The notes under the pieces are model-generated. The model did no database searches and was not told the DNA's origin. It saw nothing but the letters and a program-made list of their open reading frames with translations. The position numbers were made by a program, and so were the translations under genes. A stretch of 64,000 nucleotides of DNA from Lingula anatina (Eukaryota; Animalia; Brachiopoda), in NCBI GenBank assembly GCA_051362555.1, contig CM120646.1, forward strand, positions 23,188,001 through 23,252,000, written 5' to 3'. Below are positions 1 to 14,900 of this stretch, one piece after another (position 1 is the stretch's first letter; each line of letters starts with the position of its first letter).

Positions 1-2104
1 AACATGAGTCTGTACAATTTATTCCATTGATAAGTTGAATATGACATTGTTGAGAATACTTATTCAGGTCCGTGTTCTGTTTGATTTTCCTGGAGTTGTC
101 TCAAAAATAGTTTTTAAACCTGCTTAACCTTGTGATAAAGTAAAATAATTAATTTACTGGAAAATAAAAAACAAAATGTTAATAAAAAAACCTCTGTGTA
201 CGTATCAGTGTCAGATCATAAGAAAATGTTTCCTGTCTTCATTATGATATTGTTATTTTACCTTTGGGGTTATCTATTTCACTCAGGGTAATTGCTCTGC
301 ACTCATTGTTCTGTATTTATTATATAATCTCCACATTTTCATCATGAGCTAGGACATTATCATTAAACCTCACTAATCAGAATGTTCCATGTTAGGTAAT
401 GGCACAATTGAATTAACTTATATCTCTAAGAATACATCTCATTCTAGTTTGGTCTTATCATTGCTAAAATGCAAATTAAATATCTCCCATTCTCAGAAAG
501 GGAAAAATTCTTCCATGCCATTTTAAAACTTCTTCCTTATCTCCTAAGTCAATGATAGTATGATAAGGTAGATATTGCCCACAGAAAAGTGCAAGGCTTA
601 ATCACAGTATGTTAATTTATCAGGGTTTATCAGCAAGGCAGTGGACCCACAGGTCTGTTCTAGAAGAAAACACAGTGAGATCATTTCCACTGATGTAGAT
701 CTAGGTGTGCTGATGTGTATGTGATTCTGTCTCAATCAGATCAGATCCAGGGCAGAGACATCCTGACTTTACTGTTACTATCTACACAGGGGTTTATCTG
801 AGTGGACAGAACAACACAGGCGTGACTCCCCCCCTGATTGTCCAGTCTGGAGATAACGTCTCCTTCTCCCCCAGACCATTGTCCACTGTGAAGTCACAGG
901 AGGGATGCGGAATCCCTATTATACTGATTAAACCAGTGGTCAGTTATTATCCCCCCCTCCTCCATCCTCTGTCCAGGTATATCAGGTATGACCATCTCTG
1001 TGAGTGCAGCCTTAATGACTGGCCAGCACAAGCTGGATAGTAGCAAATATTTGATTGGCTGATTGGGATGTAGTAGCTTTACATTATCCAATAAGAAAAT
1101 TAGGGATGCTTTTGGGTGACCAATCATGTGAGAGCTGTGTTTCTTAATACATTACTATTACGCTTTGGAAAGTGGTCATTTCTTGAAGGGGAGAAGCTGG
1201 AGAGGCTGGTTTAAATCAGATAGTAAGTACTTAAATATATATGCTTAAATCAACATAGAAAATATTTCAGTGGAATATATTAAAAATTAAAAAACAAAAT
1301 TATTTTCATCAAATTACAATGGTCTAGTGGCTATCAGCTTGTTTAATATATCTCCCAAGGTAGTGTAAAAGATTATTAATATTCCTCTCGGCTTCTCATG
1401 TTACCTTGTCCCCACCTTCTCTGGTTTTAATAGGGGGGCTTGTGGTGCGTTATGTCACATTTGTCTTCCTTAATAGTGACATTAGCCTGGCAAGATATGT
1501 GATTAAATACGGCAAAATAGTTCCACCATGTGCAAGGGAATAGTGAGTAGAGAAAGGTGCACTGCAGAGCTGACCTGGGGTTGGGTAAGATTTTTTTTGT
1601 CGAAATTTCAAGAGGATATGGTTTTAAACAAAATAACTAAAATCCAAGTTTGGTCTGCAATTAAAGACAAAGATATCTGGTATGTTTCAGTTGAGGATAG
1701 ATCTCAAAAGTTTTAAATATTGGGTGCTTTATTGCATCTCAGAAAACAAGACTTATGTATTCTTGAAATGAACTACTACTGATTAGCTGTAGTCAACCAG
1801 AAATTTAAGTTTAAATCATGAAAATCTTTTGATGGAAGTGCTGATGTGATATTTGTTGATGTGTATCAAGACTTGAGCTTAGTTATTTCAGCAGTGTGGG
1901 TAACCACAGCTGTAATTATGACCATTTAGATGTTGATATTTTGGTGAAAAGGTTCCCCCTTGTAGAATTGAAAATATAGATACCCAGGACAAGTTAAAAT
2001 TAGTCAGTTTAAGAATATAATATTTGCAAAAAATAGTTGTAATTGAAAGATGTTAGTATTTATTTTCGATAATCATTTTCTTTGATAGAAAAGGATTTCC
2101 ATAT

Positions 2105-2496
2105 CTAAGTCCTTAAAATTGTTTTGGGAAAAACTCTTACTTAACTCCAGATTCTGTTTATTTTCTACCCCACAAAGAGCCACTTTGTCCTGATGTTATA
2201 AAGTTGCACAACTGTAAAATGTTACTGGCAGCGCGAGCCAGTTACTTATAGTAACTTATTGTAACTGGCTCGCGCTGCCAGTAATTACGCGGCGGGATAT
2301 TCAGGGCACAGACCGTGATCATAAGACATACCGCGAATAGAAAATAGAATTTAGAAAATAGACATTGCATGTGAACGAAGCCTAAGTCTTTTCAATTGTT
2401 TTGGAAAAACTCCTACTTCACCCCAAATTCTGTTTATTTTCAACCCCACAAAGAGCCACTTTGTCCTGATGTTATAAAGTTGCACAACTGTAAAAT
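2105..2496. repeat. Direct duplication of about 115 bp (2105-2220 and 2382-2496) flanking the truncated MITE
   Basis: Both copies read ctaagtc..ttgttttg..aaaactc...ccccacaaagagccactttgtcctgatgttataaagttgcacaactgtaaaat. Confidence 0.85.
2222..2382. mobile_element. 5'-truncated copy of the palindromic PIF/Harbinger-type MITE seen complete at 6545-6801
   Basis: Near-identical to the centre and right arm of 6545-6801 (ttactggcagcgcgagccagttact...catgtgaacgaagcc), followed by TAA. Confidence 0.85.
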
Positions 2497-3516
2497 ATTG
2501 TATTTGGTGAGGAGCATAGGTTATCTGCAATAAGACAAGTCAGCTGAACCAATTGTTGAGATTATGTTTGTAAAAAGAGAGCGAGAAAAAAGAAACCCAT
2601 TGTGCTATCTCTAAAACAACAAGATGTGAACAGAAGAGCAAAAACAGCCGAGGAAAGATTTGATGGAAAACAGACATATCATGAGGCTTACTTGCTATTT
2701 CTCCTTGATTGCATATTTTGATATCAAAAACACGACAAAAATTTTATTATGATGTTATGTGTTATGTGTAACAATATCTGTCATATTTCACCTAAAACTT
2801 GTTATTGATAATAACTTCTAGATGCTAGCAATCCTAGGCAGTTCTTCCCATGTTGTTTGTTAGGGGAATGAAAAACCACATTTATTAAGAGAAGAGTATT
2901 TAATAAACACCAGCCTCTGTACTGGTAAATTGTTATGGTTTGAATTAGTCTCACCCTTTTCAGGGATTGAAAACAATTGGATTTGTTGGAGCAACATCAC
3001 TTTGGGAGAGGGAGAGTGTGAGAGAGTGGCCTTTTCGGTCTTTTCAATAAAAAAAAGGCCTGGCGTCAGTGTGTGTGTATGAGTGTGAAAGAGCAGATAT
3101 GAAATTAAAAATTATTGTCAAGAGGTGTTCAGTGATGTAAAAGAAACATATTATGGACGTTTCCTCGCAGGTAAAATGTCAATCTCTGGAGAGAAGTGTT
3201 AAAACAAGGCCTCATTACAATTCCTGTATGTATAGATTGGTATCTGGAAGCTATCTATCTTTATGCATTTATTCATACATACAAAATGCATAATTAATAG
3301 ATCATTTATTGTGTGAAAACTGCCTGATGTATAGTACAAAGTACATAAGGAAATAAAACTCCTCATTTAATATTTTTACATCAAAGCTCTGTAAATATCA
3401 TGTCATTTGTTCTAATGTTATATATTCTGAAAGCTAAGATATGTAAGAAATTATCCAAGCTGACAGATCAGTCGTAATGGTCTTTAAGGTTTTCCTAATT
3501 TACTCTGTCTTTTCAG

Positions 3517-4125
3517 ATCACTTTGTAAGCATGGCAACCCAGTGAACGGAATAAGCCATTAAGAATTACCGTTTCCATGACAACCCAGAACACAGGATAA
3601 GAAAAAAGCAAGTAAGCTACAGAAAGGTGAATTGCACACGGGAGTGAGTGGGAAATTGGAGTCGACACTAACAGGGGATAACTGCAGTGTTCCGAACCTG
3701 AGCTATTTTTATTTCTGATCCCTGGGATTTACTACTACATCAACAACAACGCGTAACTTGGCCCTGTGGTTAAGAAGCAGTGAAACCAAAGAAACGACCG
3801 TTTGTATTTTATTACCTGAAAACTTCACCTTTTCTTCATAACTGCCAGTTTTCTGATGAACTCTGATTGGTCTGGCAATAATTTACGCCCGTCTGACAGG
3901 TTTCGGAGTGAAATATATGCAGATTGGATTAAATCGAGCAGGGAGGAAGCCAAATTCTGACAGCAGCCAAAATAAAGTTGTTCAATTAGTGGAGAAAAAG
4001 TTGTACATACAAAAATAGTGGCTAATTTTACAAGGAGGCTGTGTCTAGGTGACCCAGTTGAAAGATTAAAGATAGATTTTTGAAATCTGAAGAGAGCCAG
4101 ATAAAGGGACTTTACAGCTGATAAG
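3517..4125 (+). other. Candidate non-coding 5' UTR exon of the echinoid-like gene
   Basis: Acceptor ctctgtcttttcag| at 3516 and donor AAG|gtaaca at 4126; another donor CAG|gtaaaa at 3171 suggests a further upstream exon; no ORF. Confidence 0.35.
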
Positions 4126-5484
4126 GTAACAGTTGGGTCAGTCTATATGTACGGCCGTATATATTAATAATTTGGATAAGAGAAGTGACAGAAGTTTAGT
4201 TTTGTCCTTGGAGTAGTAGAAGTCACTTTTATCAATACAACCATAGCATATGAGGAAATGTGTAATGTAATGTTTAATGCAAGTCCAACAAACAGGAAAT
4301 GTTAGTATAAAAGGTGGGCTTTATAACTTATATATTTTAGGTAGTATATTAAGTGGGTAGCCTCATCTTTCAGGGATCTAAAAGCTAAGTTTAGGTAACA
4401 GTCAGGTTTATCACAGTACACTATAGACTCCCTATCTAAATCTTCATAACACATAGTACATAGTGTGTATTGAAGGCTAAACTGATGCAAGCAAACACAC
4501 AGTTGTTATCAAAGAAAATCTGGGAGCTCTTTCAAACCTTTGAGGCTTGATTTAATTAGGACTGCATGTCATTCTACAGTACATATTCAGAAGTATCTTA
4601 TTATAAATGAGGTTTTCAGTAAAATTTTAAGAATTTTTTTGGGAAAAAGTGCAAGAGGGTAAGAAAAAGAGATCTTGTTAAATAGAATAAATATATCAGG
4701 TTCACCAGAACCACGAGTGAATTTGGTTGGAAAGCTCCGACCACACTTTTTAGCTGCAGGAAGTCAAATTATTTATTGAGTTTCAAGAAGGGAAGGAAGA
4801 TCATATAAGATAGTGTTACAAATTTATTGTTATGTTATACTGGGCAGACAACAAACGGTGGGTACAGCACGTGTTAAGGAAGAGCTTTAATGTCAAAAGT
4901 TCTCTGCGCAGCCTTTTTATGATCTCATAAAATATAGCAAACCAGTTTAAAACTAACTAACTGTGCCTCATTAGGTTTTGATGGTGCTATCCTGCTGCCA
5001 GGAGGCCTGAAACATTGCTTCTGGGTCCTGTTCCCTGTGGGGATCTCCTATTCCCTGTGGCAACTCTCAGTCTGTGTGAATACTGTACGATGTCATCACT
5101 GTATTGTACCTGTAAGCTTGATCTATGTACAAATTAACCCACCTTCAGGCACGGCTGAATATTAAGCAGTAACAGGATCATATTTTCATAACCTCGGCGT
5201 ATGAAATTGGTGCCAGATTTGAAACTGTACTCTTTATTGTTACAGGTAACTCGGACCGTCGCTGGGAGTGCTGAGAGGAGCCAGCATTGCCGTGGCAACC
5301 ACTTTGAGGGAAAAATTAAATTCAGGACCCGCTAATTTGAAAAGTTGCAAGCACAAACATTGGCAGGCTGTTGTTGCCTGTGTCCAAGGCAAGGAGTGAA
5401 GGAGCGTAGTGTGCTCTGTTATAGCAGATCTGTGGGAACTCTTCTGTTTGGTACCAGACAGAGAAGCCAGTTTCAGGACTGAAA

Positions 5485-5914
5485 ATGGGAGACAGGAAAA
5501 TTGCTCAAATTTTAAGGAGAACTTTACGCAAGAACATGGCAGGATGGATGTATGCTGTCATTGTTACGACGCTTTTCATGTGCGTGCATGCACAAGATAC
5601 AACGGCATCATGGAAGCAGATGCCAACGGCTCAAGCAGTGAACAAGGGGGGAGATGTGACATTATCGTGTGAAATAAACAACCCGGGACAGTTTCAGATC
5701 AACGTAATCTGGTCATTTAATGGCAAATCTATCACATTTAACAGGAATCCTTTCAGTCCCTCCACAAGTGATCCAAGGAGGTCAATCGTAGGTGCTAACG
5801 TAGAAACAGACTTCAATCTGAGGATTACAAACTTGAGTTTAGTAGATAATGGCGTATACTCATGTCAAGTGCAGGGGACAGACCTGACAGCTGATGCCAT
5901 GCTCACGGTTGTAG
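5485..5914 (+). CDS. Echinoid-like exon 1: signal peptide + Ig1 (V-type)
   Basis: Hydrophobic WMYAVIVTTLFMCVHA, VTLSC..W..FNLRI..DNGVYSC; acceptor at 5245, donor G|gtaagt, phase 1; alternative start ATG at 5536. Confidence 0.9.
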
Positions 5915-8900
5915 GTAAGTAAATGGTTTTATCTCTGTTTGTTTGTTAGTTTGTTGGCCCTGTGTCTGTCAGAAAGCATGTCTGTCTGTTCGTCTGTCCA
6001 ACTGACCGTCTGTCTGACAGTTCATTTCTCTATACCTGTCTTTGTCTTCATCCAGGTTTCTCTATACACATTTTAAATCTCAGCAGGTGTACTATTTATG
6101 TTCGTAATAAGGGAACCATGAGTTGACTGCTGTACCTCGTGCAGAAACCTGTTAAAAATACACAACAGACACTGTCATTTACAACTGGGCCAAAACAACC
6201 ACAATACATCCTTTGTTTGTTTGTTGAAAAGTACAAAAAAAGACAAGAAATGTTTTACGACATGTCTTACGATATTGCGTGTGTACCGCACATTCAACAA
6301 CACCTAGCATGGTAGAAATTGATATCATCAAATTCCCATAAACCTGTATATGGGATGTCACAGTCCCCGTGTCTGTGTTGTCACCACAGCATACACAGGG
6401 AGGACTTGATGTACTGGGACATGGAGATATATCATCACTAGGCTGGGAAAATACAAAACCTTATACTGCTTGAGTGAGGAGACCTTTGGGAGTTAAAGGT
6501 TGAATAATGATGTTGAGATACACAAATCAGAGTGTTTTTGCTTAGGCTTCGTTCACATGCAATGTCTATTTTCTAAATTCTATTTTCTATTCACGCTATC
6601 TTATGATCACGGTCTGTGCCCTGAATATCCCGCCGCGTAATTACTGGCAGCGCGAGCCAGTTACTTATAGTAACTTATAGTAACTGGCTCGCGCTGCCAG
6701 TAATTACGCCGCGGGATATTCAGGGCACAGACCGTGATCATAAGACATACTGCGAATAGAAAATAGAATTTAGAAAATAGACATTGCATGTGAATGAAGC
6801 CTTAGATTCATTGTGCTGCAGTTTTAGAAAGATGTAGAAAATTTCAAGGGCATTTATTCAAAATACTCAAATCTGAATGTTGGTTTATAAAGATTAAAAA
6901 AAAAATGCAATTAAAATTTGCAGACATATTTATTTCCTTTAAATAGTTCTTCACTTGCACTGAGTTACATATCAGCATTTATCACTCTTCTTTCATAAAC
7001 AAAATTTTCAAAGAAAATAACTCTGACAGTCTCTTCGCACAGTCATATTTCACCGCAGGGAGCACCAAAAGCTTCAGCCATTAAAAAACATGCTGTAGCC
7101 AGCAAGCCAATAAATGACATGGGACCACTTCTACCTGAAGATATAACACTTGGATATGCTTAGTCAGGGCCATAGTATAAAACAGATAGCCACAAAACAG
7201 AATAATAAGGATACTGTGTTTATTACACAGGTAAAAGGCTCATATTTGCTTTTTAAATGGGGCCCTTGATATGAATTTTTAGTGCACCAGCTGTGGAACA
7301 CCTGCAGCAGAATATGTCTGAATACACAACTAAACTTTTCCATTTAACCTGGAACACAAATGTCACCGAGATTTGTCAGAGAGAGATCCGTGCTAGGTGC
7401 TAGATAGAGGTGGAGGGAGAATTCTATCTCCAAGCCAGAAGACCTGGTGTAAAGTAGATGATGGCATATCACTTCAGGATGTAATAAAAGGAAATGAATT
7501 CATTTAAGATAGGAGCAATTAATGCTTGCTCTGATATCTTATGATACCTTTGTTGTCTATTAAAGTTTCATTTGTTTTTTTTTTTTTCAAAATAAAAAGG
7601 AAATCTATTTTTCAAAATATTATTTTGGGATTTAGGTAATAATTACAATACTGGAATTGTCTCCGTATTTTTTTCCGTCAACAAGGCAGTAAGCCAGATT
7701 TGAAAATAGCTGTTCAGCCAAAACTTGAAAATATGTTGGACTTAGAAAAGTTCAAATTCCCATAAAAATATACCAAATCAAGGGGACAAAGTATCATATC
7801 ATTAAAATGAGGAGTGAATTATTTCATGTAATTTAAACCCACTGCTAAAATGATATTGGGCATTTTGTGTATAGCAAGTGTGAGAAATTGATAATGTAAG
7901 ATATGTCCAAGAGTATCAACAATTTTCAAAATAACATGGCTAATTTATTGTGTGAGATTGAAATTCTGTACATGAAGAAAACATGCACTTTAACTGCTAA
8001 AATCTACAAATACTGGTCCCTACAGTGTTGATGTCAACTGTTAGAAGTTGAGGCTGGAAGGAAGGTGAGTAAAGAGCGATTGTTCAAGATTTAATGAGGA
8101 GAGCATCTGTTTTTGGCATTTATTACATCATTTGAATGTCTGGCAGTTAGGTCATATTACTTGAATGTGAACCAAAGCCCTCTTGTCTCTACTGCAAAAA
8201 ATGCAAAAGCAGCTTGACTCTGATGCTAACAGTTACTACACATTACAAGTATACATAACAACAGTAAAAAGCACTTCATGAAATAATATCATTTTCCATC
8301 AATTGTTTCTTGTTTTAACTTACACTTATTTGAGGAAATTTAGAGTTTATAAACAGTTCAAAATATTGACTCATTTGAAATCAAAATGGACCATTTTTCA
8401 AGAATACCATATTCTTAATGGCCCGACTCCCATTAAATTTACTCCATAAAATTGAGGTAAAAAACAGTATAGCTGTTTTGTTGCAAGGGGATTATTTTGA
8501 TCAGAAATTGGTACCCAAGCATTGTTTCAGATTATCCCTGGATATGGAAAACAATTGGCTTCTTGATCAGAAGCAGATCCAGGGAGCCAAACCCAAGCTC
8601 AGCCATCTTCTCATTTTAATGTGTTAAAATACCCACAAGCTGGATCTACATCTTTTATGTTTGCAATAAAAAATGGCGTCAGCCATACACGGGGCACTGT
8701 TTTCCAACATTTTATGTTCGGGTCTGTTTTCTGTTTCCTACTGGTTGTACACAAGCTAGGACCTGTGTGGACGGCCGCTGTCCACTGTTGACCATAGCTG
8801 AGGCCAGCGGTCAGCATTTTCAAAGAAAATACAACTTCTTAGAGAATTGTTTTTACTGCTAAGTTGTAGCACACTTGTATCCGTTCTAATTAATTTCATG

Positions 8901-11900
8901 TGCTGGAAGTGCATTTTTGTGGAGAGGCATAAAATTTGAAAGTCAGCCCTGGTTAGGTTTTATTTCTTTTATGCAGAATGTAAAAGCAGTTGACAGCTTC
9001 CATGTTTTTCTGGGATAAAAGTGGCAAGGAGCCTTCACTTTCATTTCTGGCATTTTGTTTTGTCACTCTGAATAATGGGGTGGATGTTTAAAAAGGTTAA
9101 AGAGATGCGATTGGTTGAGGCTAAAAGAATTTGCTATGCATCATCTAAATACATTGAGTATAACATATCTGTTATCTTTAATTTTTGAAAAATAAAGATT
9201 AATTTTTAATACTTTCTTTCCTATTTTTTGACAATTTTTGATGAGAGGGAACTACTAGTAATCATTAAAAATTTATATAAGTGACAGCTCTGAAAACATA
9301 GCTACAGAAAACCCTGCACACATAGCAAAAAAGCTGAGCATTTTGGCTGTAATAACTATAATACACAAACCAAGGACCTTATTGTTGCACCTGTCTAGGC
9401 AGCTTCACAGAACATTAACAAGTAACAACAACACACACTTGAGCAACAACAGAGGCAAGAGACCTACCCTGCAGAGATAGTACCACTATGGAGACAGGAT
9501 CAAAGCTCCTTCATACAGAATTACTTGAAAACTCCTCAATGGGTTTCTTTAGATCTCAAGGAGACACAAGTATGCAGGGTTTAATATAAAGGGTTGGTAA
9601 CATCAAAAAAGAACCCACTTTATCTCTGAACAAGTAGGGATGTGAAAAAAGGACAAAATAAGAGAGGGATTATGTTACCTGTGGTGGCCCTGGGGCATGG
9701 ATTACAACAGGAAAGGTGGGGGAATATCTGATGTAGAATTTTTGGATGAAAATTAATATGAAAGAGGAAATGATGTGAAAAGGTTATATATTTGAAGTCT
9801 GCCTGGTCAAACATGAAAATATAACAATGATGAAGTGAGCCAAAAGTTCATAGAGGTTTTCATATCTGTGCCTAATGGACTGGTAGGTTACGTAAGAAGT
9901 CATTCCCTTTTTGGTACAAAGAAAAGCTCATAGATTTTAAAACCACAAAGAGAGTGATTGAAATCAGATAATTTATTGATGAAAAGTCACAAAGAGATCA
10001 CACCCCAAACAAATGTGAAAATTGAAAAAATAGAAACAAATTGAGCATGCTCATCAACATTACATCTTGTGGCACAGAAAAGCTGTCAAGTCATTGTAAA
10101 GTCAATGAAGTAAGTTAAAGATCAAACATAGAAAAGTTCACCACATAAACGTAAGCGTGTCTTTCCTTTACAGCGACCAGCGTCAAGGTGTTCACTATAT
10201 TTAGGATATCAAACAAAACTTCAAAGGCATAGGGAAGTGCACATGAAAGCCTGCATTGACCTGGTCTGCATATTAAAACAGATTTTAATATACCAGAGCG
10301 TGATTTTGATTATGGGACATGATGTCAATATGTGCCTAGAAACACACATTGATGTTTGTGTCATAGCCATAGTTCACTTTGAGGTATGCTGAGATCAATT
10401 GAAAAGGTGTTTTATGTGTTGGGTGAATAATAAAATACATGTTTGTTGCATCTGTGTTATATTTTTTACGGGCATCTGATTAAATGATCAAGGGGTTGTT
10501 TTTCTTTACTTTCCCCATTTTATGTTTGTTTTTGTTATCCATTTCATATATAAATTCATCCATTCATTCATTTATTTTTTTGTGTAAAATGGGGGTGGGA
10601 GATCGATCATTCTGGAGAATTTAATACATTACATTTCATACTTGTTTTTTAAGTAAAAAGACCAAGAAAATGTCCAAAGCCCCTCCTTCTTCATTACATC
10701 AACAATCTGCGGCAGTGGAAAGTGACACTCAATGAAGGTTTATAAAACATGCAGTGTTTAACTTTCTTGTCATCAAACTCAAGTATTACCAGCAGCCATT
10801 TAAATATTGTATTTCTTCTCCATATTTTTATGTGGTTTATCTGTGATGACAGAAGTCTTATGGATTGTTACATTGCAATGGAGTATAAAACGAAAGACCT
10901 GCCTTCTATGTAATTTTTATGTTCTTCACTTTTCTATTTTTGCTTTCATGTGCAATTGTTAAATGTCTGAAAGAATTTTAATGTCTGTCTTGTTTTTTAA
11001 GGCTTTCTTCCTGATTCTCCTGAAACCTGCAGGTTCTGCTATCACAGTTCAATCTATTTTAGTATTTGTGTCATCAAATCTTAAATTAGTAAAAAAAAAA
11101 GAGTAAAAAATAGTACAAAATTTATAGGTCTGCAGTGGTATTAAAGTATACACTCAAAACTAAATTTTTGTGGGCATAAAAATTACACCTCTAAGTAGGG
11201 TGAAGTTATCTTGGTCCACACCCAAGGGTACATCAAAGCCAATTTCTAATTAAGTTACGCGGTTCTCACAGCACTGTGCGACATAGGTTGGTCACACTGC
11301 TGGACATACTGAAGTAATCTCTGTTACTTTTCTTCTGCTACTTCTGCTACAATGGGATAACTACAAATATTGGATGAAGTGTTTTCTATTACTGGAGGGT
11401 TGTCATTGCAGGAGGCCATGCTTTAAAAAAGAAGACATTTTGGACCTTTAATTTCATAGCCCCTTATAAGAAAGTTGTGAATTAGGAAAAAAATAACTCT
11501 AAAAGCCCAGTCTCAATAGATATTCTTGCATTTCCAAGTTAACTCTCTGATAATTTGAAATTATGTAAAAAAAAACCCTTATTGTAATTAAAATAGTTGG
11601 GAAATTGGAAAAGGATATATCTAAAACCCAATCTCGTGCATTTCCAAGTTGAAGTCTTTGATAATTTGAAATCCTGCAGACAGCCCTCCTCATCAATGTT
11701 CTGTGTGTCCTTACACCTCTTGGCTGCCCTGTCTGACCCCCAGAACTGGGAAATCAATGCAGCAGCCACTTTGATCTCTAGTCATGAACCAGCCCAGTGT
11801 TATAACCAGAGAGAGTGGTGTGTGTATTGGACTGGGGACTAATTGGAGTTTGGTTTCTCTAGAGTACATGTGCACTGGAAGATGTGATTTTCTGAGCAGG

Positions 11901-14900
11901 CAAAGCAGTATTCCTGAAAATCATTAAATTTTAAGGTGGTTTATTTCTGCACTCTACAGTGTCAACAGGCAGTGATAATTCCAACTTCTCTAGCAGCTCT
12001 TCAACTCAATTAACGTCTGTGTAGTAACATTTATCATGTTATATTATATAATATATTATATAATATATTATATAATTGCTGCATCGAAATAATTTTTTTT
12101 TTTAGCTGAGATTTTCACCATTCTTCTCTCCTCTCTTTCCAGTCGTCCCTGGCACTGCTGTGATAACAACCAACAACTCTGGAACATCAAAAGAGGGTGA
12201 CACCGTCTTCTTCAACTGCAGCTCCTTTGGTGGCAATCCTCCACCTACGATATCATGGTTCAGAGACAATGAACCAATCCAACCGTCCAGCGATATCCAG
12301 TATTCTCCGGCTGCTGAGCTCGGTGGCTCTACTTCCAGTAAACTGTCATGGCGGCTTCGCAGGGCGGATAATGGGAAAGAGTTTGCATGCCGTGTGTCCA
12401 ACCAAGCGAATCCATCCACACCCCGAACTGCAAATAAAGCTGCCAATGTGCAATGTGAGTAATTAAAACTTACAAAATATATGATATTTTTAGAATTAAC
12501 TTAAAGAAAAGTAGCCACTTCTCGAAAGTGCAGTTAATTGCCTGAGAAAAATCCAAGTAAATACAAGTGCCACTTAGATGTTTAAGCAATTTTAAAGCTT
12601 AACAAAAAGTTTTAATGCTTTTAAGAAGGTTGTATTTTTAGGAGAGTATAGAGAGGAAAAAGCTAAAAGGGAGGGTAAGAAAAACATAATAAAGATACAA
12701 TAACAGTCAGATGTATGAAATAATACTTCAAAGTAGAGACAGCATTAATAGAACATAACCTATAAGCACAAATATAATTTGTTAAATTTTCATTTTCTAG
12801 TTGCCCCTGTTGTTAACTTTGGCCCCTACAATCCTCTGATCCTTCGAGAGGGCGCGACAGAACAAGTGGCGTGCACAGTGGAGGCGAACCCTGAGGTGAC
12901 ATCTGTAGAGTGGCTGATCAATGGAGTCAGCATAGGGAGTAAGTTATCATGATATCCTGATATAATGTCCTGATATGATGTTCTTATGTGATATTCTAAG
13001 ACACTGCTGTTAGAATGTTATAGCAGCAACATAAGATGATATCCTAATACACGGCTGTCACTATGTCATAGTAGCAGTAATAGATGATGATGTATAAAAT
13101 TAACACTGTATTTTGACATTGATATATGAAGTAGAAAAGAACCTGTTAAGTATTTGATGATTTACTTAGGTGTGTTTTACTATTATGAAAAAGCAAAAAT
13201 GCACAACAGCAATATTACCATGATTTTACAACATGCATGCTATTATGGAAGTCTTCTGCAAACCACTGTGTTAGTTGAGATACTGGTTGTGTTTGGAGGA
13301 GAAAGAACACAATTGTTGTTCAGTATCATCACAGTTGTCATTGTGTTGTTCTAGATACCAGACCAGTCAGACTCCTGGACCCAGTCAGGTTGACAGATAG
13401 AGGGCAGCACACGTGCATCGCCAGAAATATCATAGGCTCAAGCAATGCTACGTTAACTCTTGATGTTCAATGTGAGTAGATGTTAAGAATGTTGTTATGG
13501 GTTATTTATGTGTTTGGGGGGTTTCTCAGAATATTAATGCTATTTTTGACATTGATTGATATTCAGGACTTACACAAACATCAAATAGATAAGGATAATA
13601 GTAACACATTGGGATATTTCAAATGGTATTTCTATCTGTAATTTGTTATGTAACACATTTTGAAAATTATTTATAAAAAATATATATTTGTTATTTTCAG
13701 ACCCTCCAAAAATAGAGATTATTAATATCCAAGAAGGCAACCGGCTCACAGTAAATGAAAGTTCTCGTGTCAACTTAACGTGTAGCGTCAGAGCCAACCC
13801 TCCGGCAACAGAGATCGTCTGGAGGAAGAACGGGACCCTCCAGGTGGCGCAACCTGCTCTTGTATTCCAGACCGTGACTCGCAACAGGGCTGGCATGTAC
13901 AGGTGCACTGCAAAGAACACGCTGACATTATCTAAGCGATCTCCAGAGGTCCAAGAGAGCAGTAAACCCGCGGAACTGGTAGTGCAATGTAAGTGTAGGG
14001 TCTTCTGATAGTGGGTGGTGGGTAAAGAAACAATGAGGTTACCGTCGGGGTTGATTAATATATGGCATTAGCTTGGTGCATGAGACGAAAAAATATCTGA
14101 TAGATATAAAAAATAATTAACTTTGTAATAAAAGGATAATGCCTATATTTGTGGATAGTGAGTGAGACAGGAAAAAAAGATAGAGAGAGAAAGAGAGAGA
14201 GAGAAAATAAAGTGAGAAAAGGGTCAATTACTTAATAAGCACTTCTTCCTACCTATCAGATCGTCCTGGCCGTGCAGTAATCAACGCCCATCCTGAGGTG
14301 GTCATAGGCGACCCCATCAACCTGAAGTGCACTGTGGGAGACAAGGGTATTCCAGAGGCACAGTTGTTTTGGGAGAGGGTAGGGAGCACCACACAGTACA
14401 GCCCAGGCGAGGACCTCAACATTCCACGGGCAGCACTGGATGATAATGGCAGCTACAGGTGTACACCTAAAAACAAGCTCGGCAGAGGGCCACATGGAGA
14501 GATCAGTGTGGGAGTCAATGGTGAGTTATATTGTTGAGATATATATTATTTATATTTTTGAGAGACATTTTAATTACGTTTTTTATTATTGGCCATTAAG
14601 AAGATACAAACTGTTTAATTCTTGAGAAACAATTTGTTCTTTTTACTAATAATTTAACTATTAGGATTATATTAAGTTCTTTAATTTTTCAGAAATTCCC
14701 ACCTGGCTGCAGCAGAACTCCATCTTCCCCGCGCGATCTGTGAGTGTGGGAGACGTGGGGATCAGGTTGGCATGTCGTGCTAGAGGGAAACCTGCTCCCA
14801 ACATAGAGTGGCTGAAGAATGGCGTCCCCATAGTTAACAACGGGGAACTGTTCACTATCAGGACAGAAGAGAAGATTATTGACACCTACAGTTATAATGT

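Noticed and set aside
11512-11672. Degenerate direct repeat of about 40 bp (tgcatttccaagtt...tgataatttgaaat)
   Set aside because: Small local intronic duplication with no further structure
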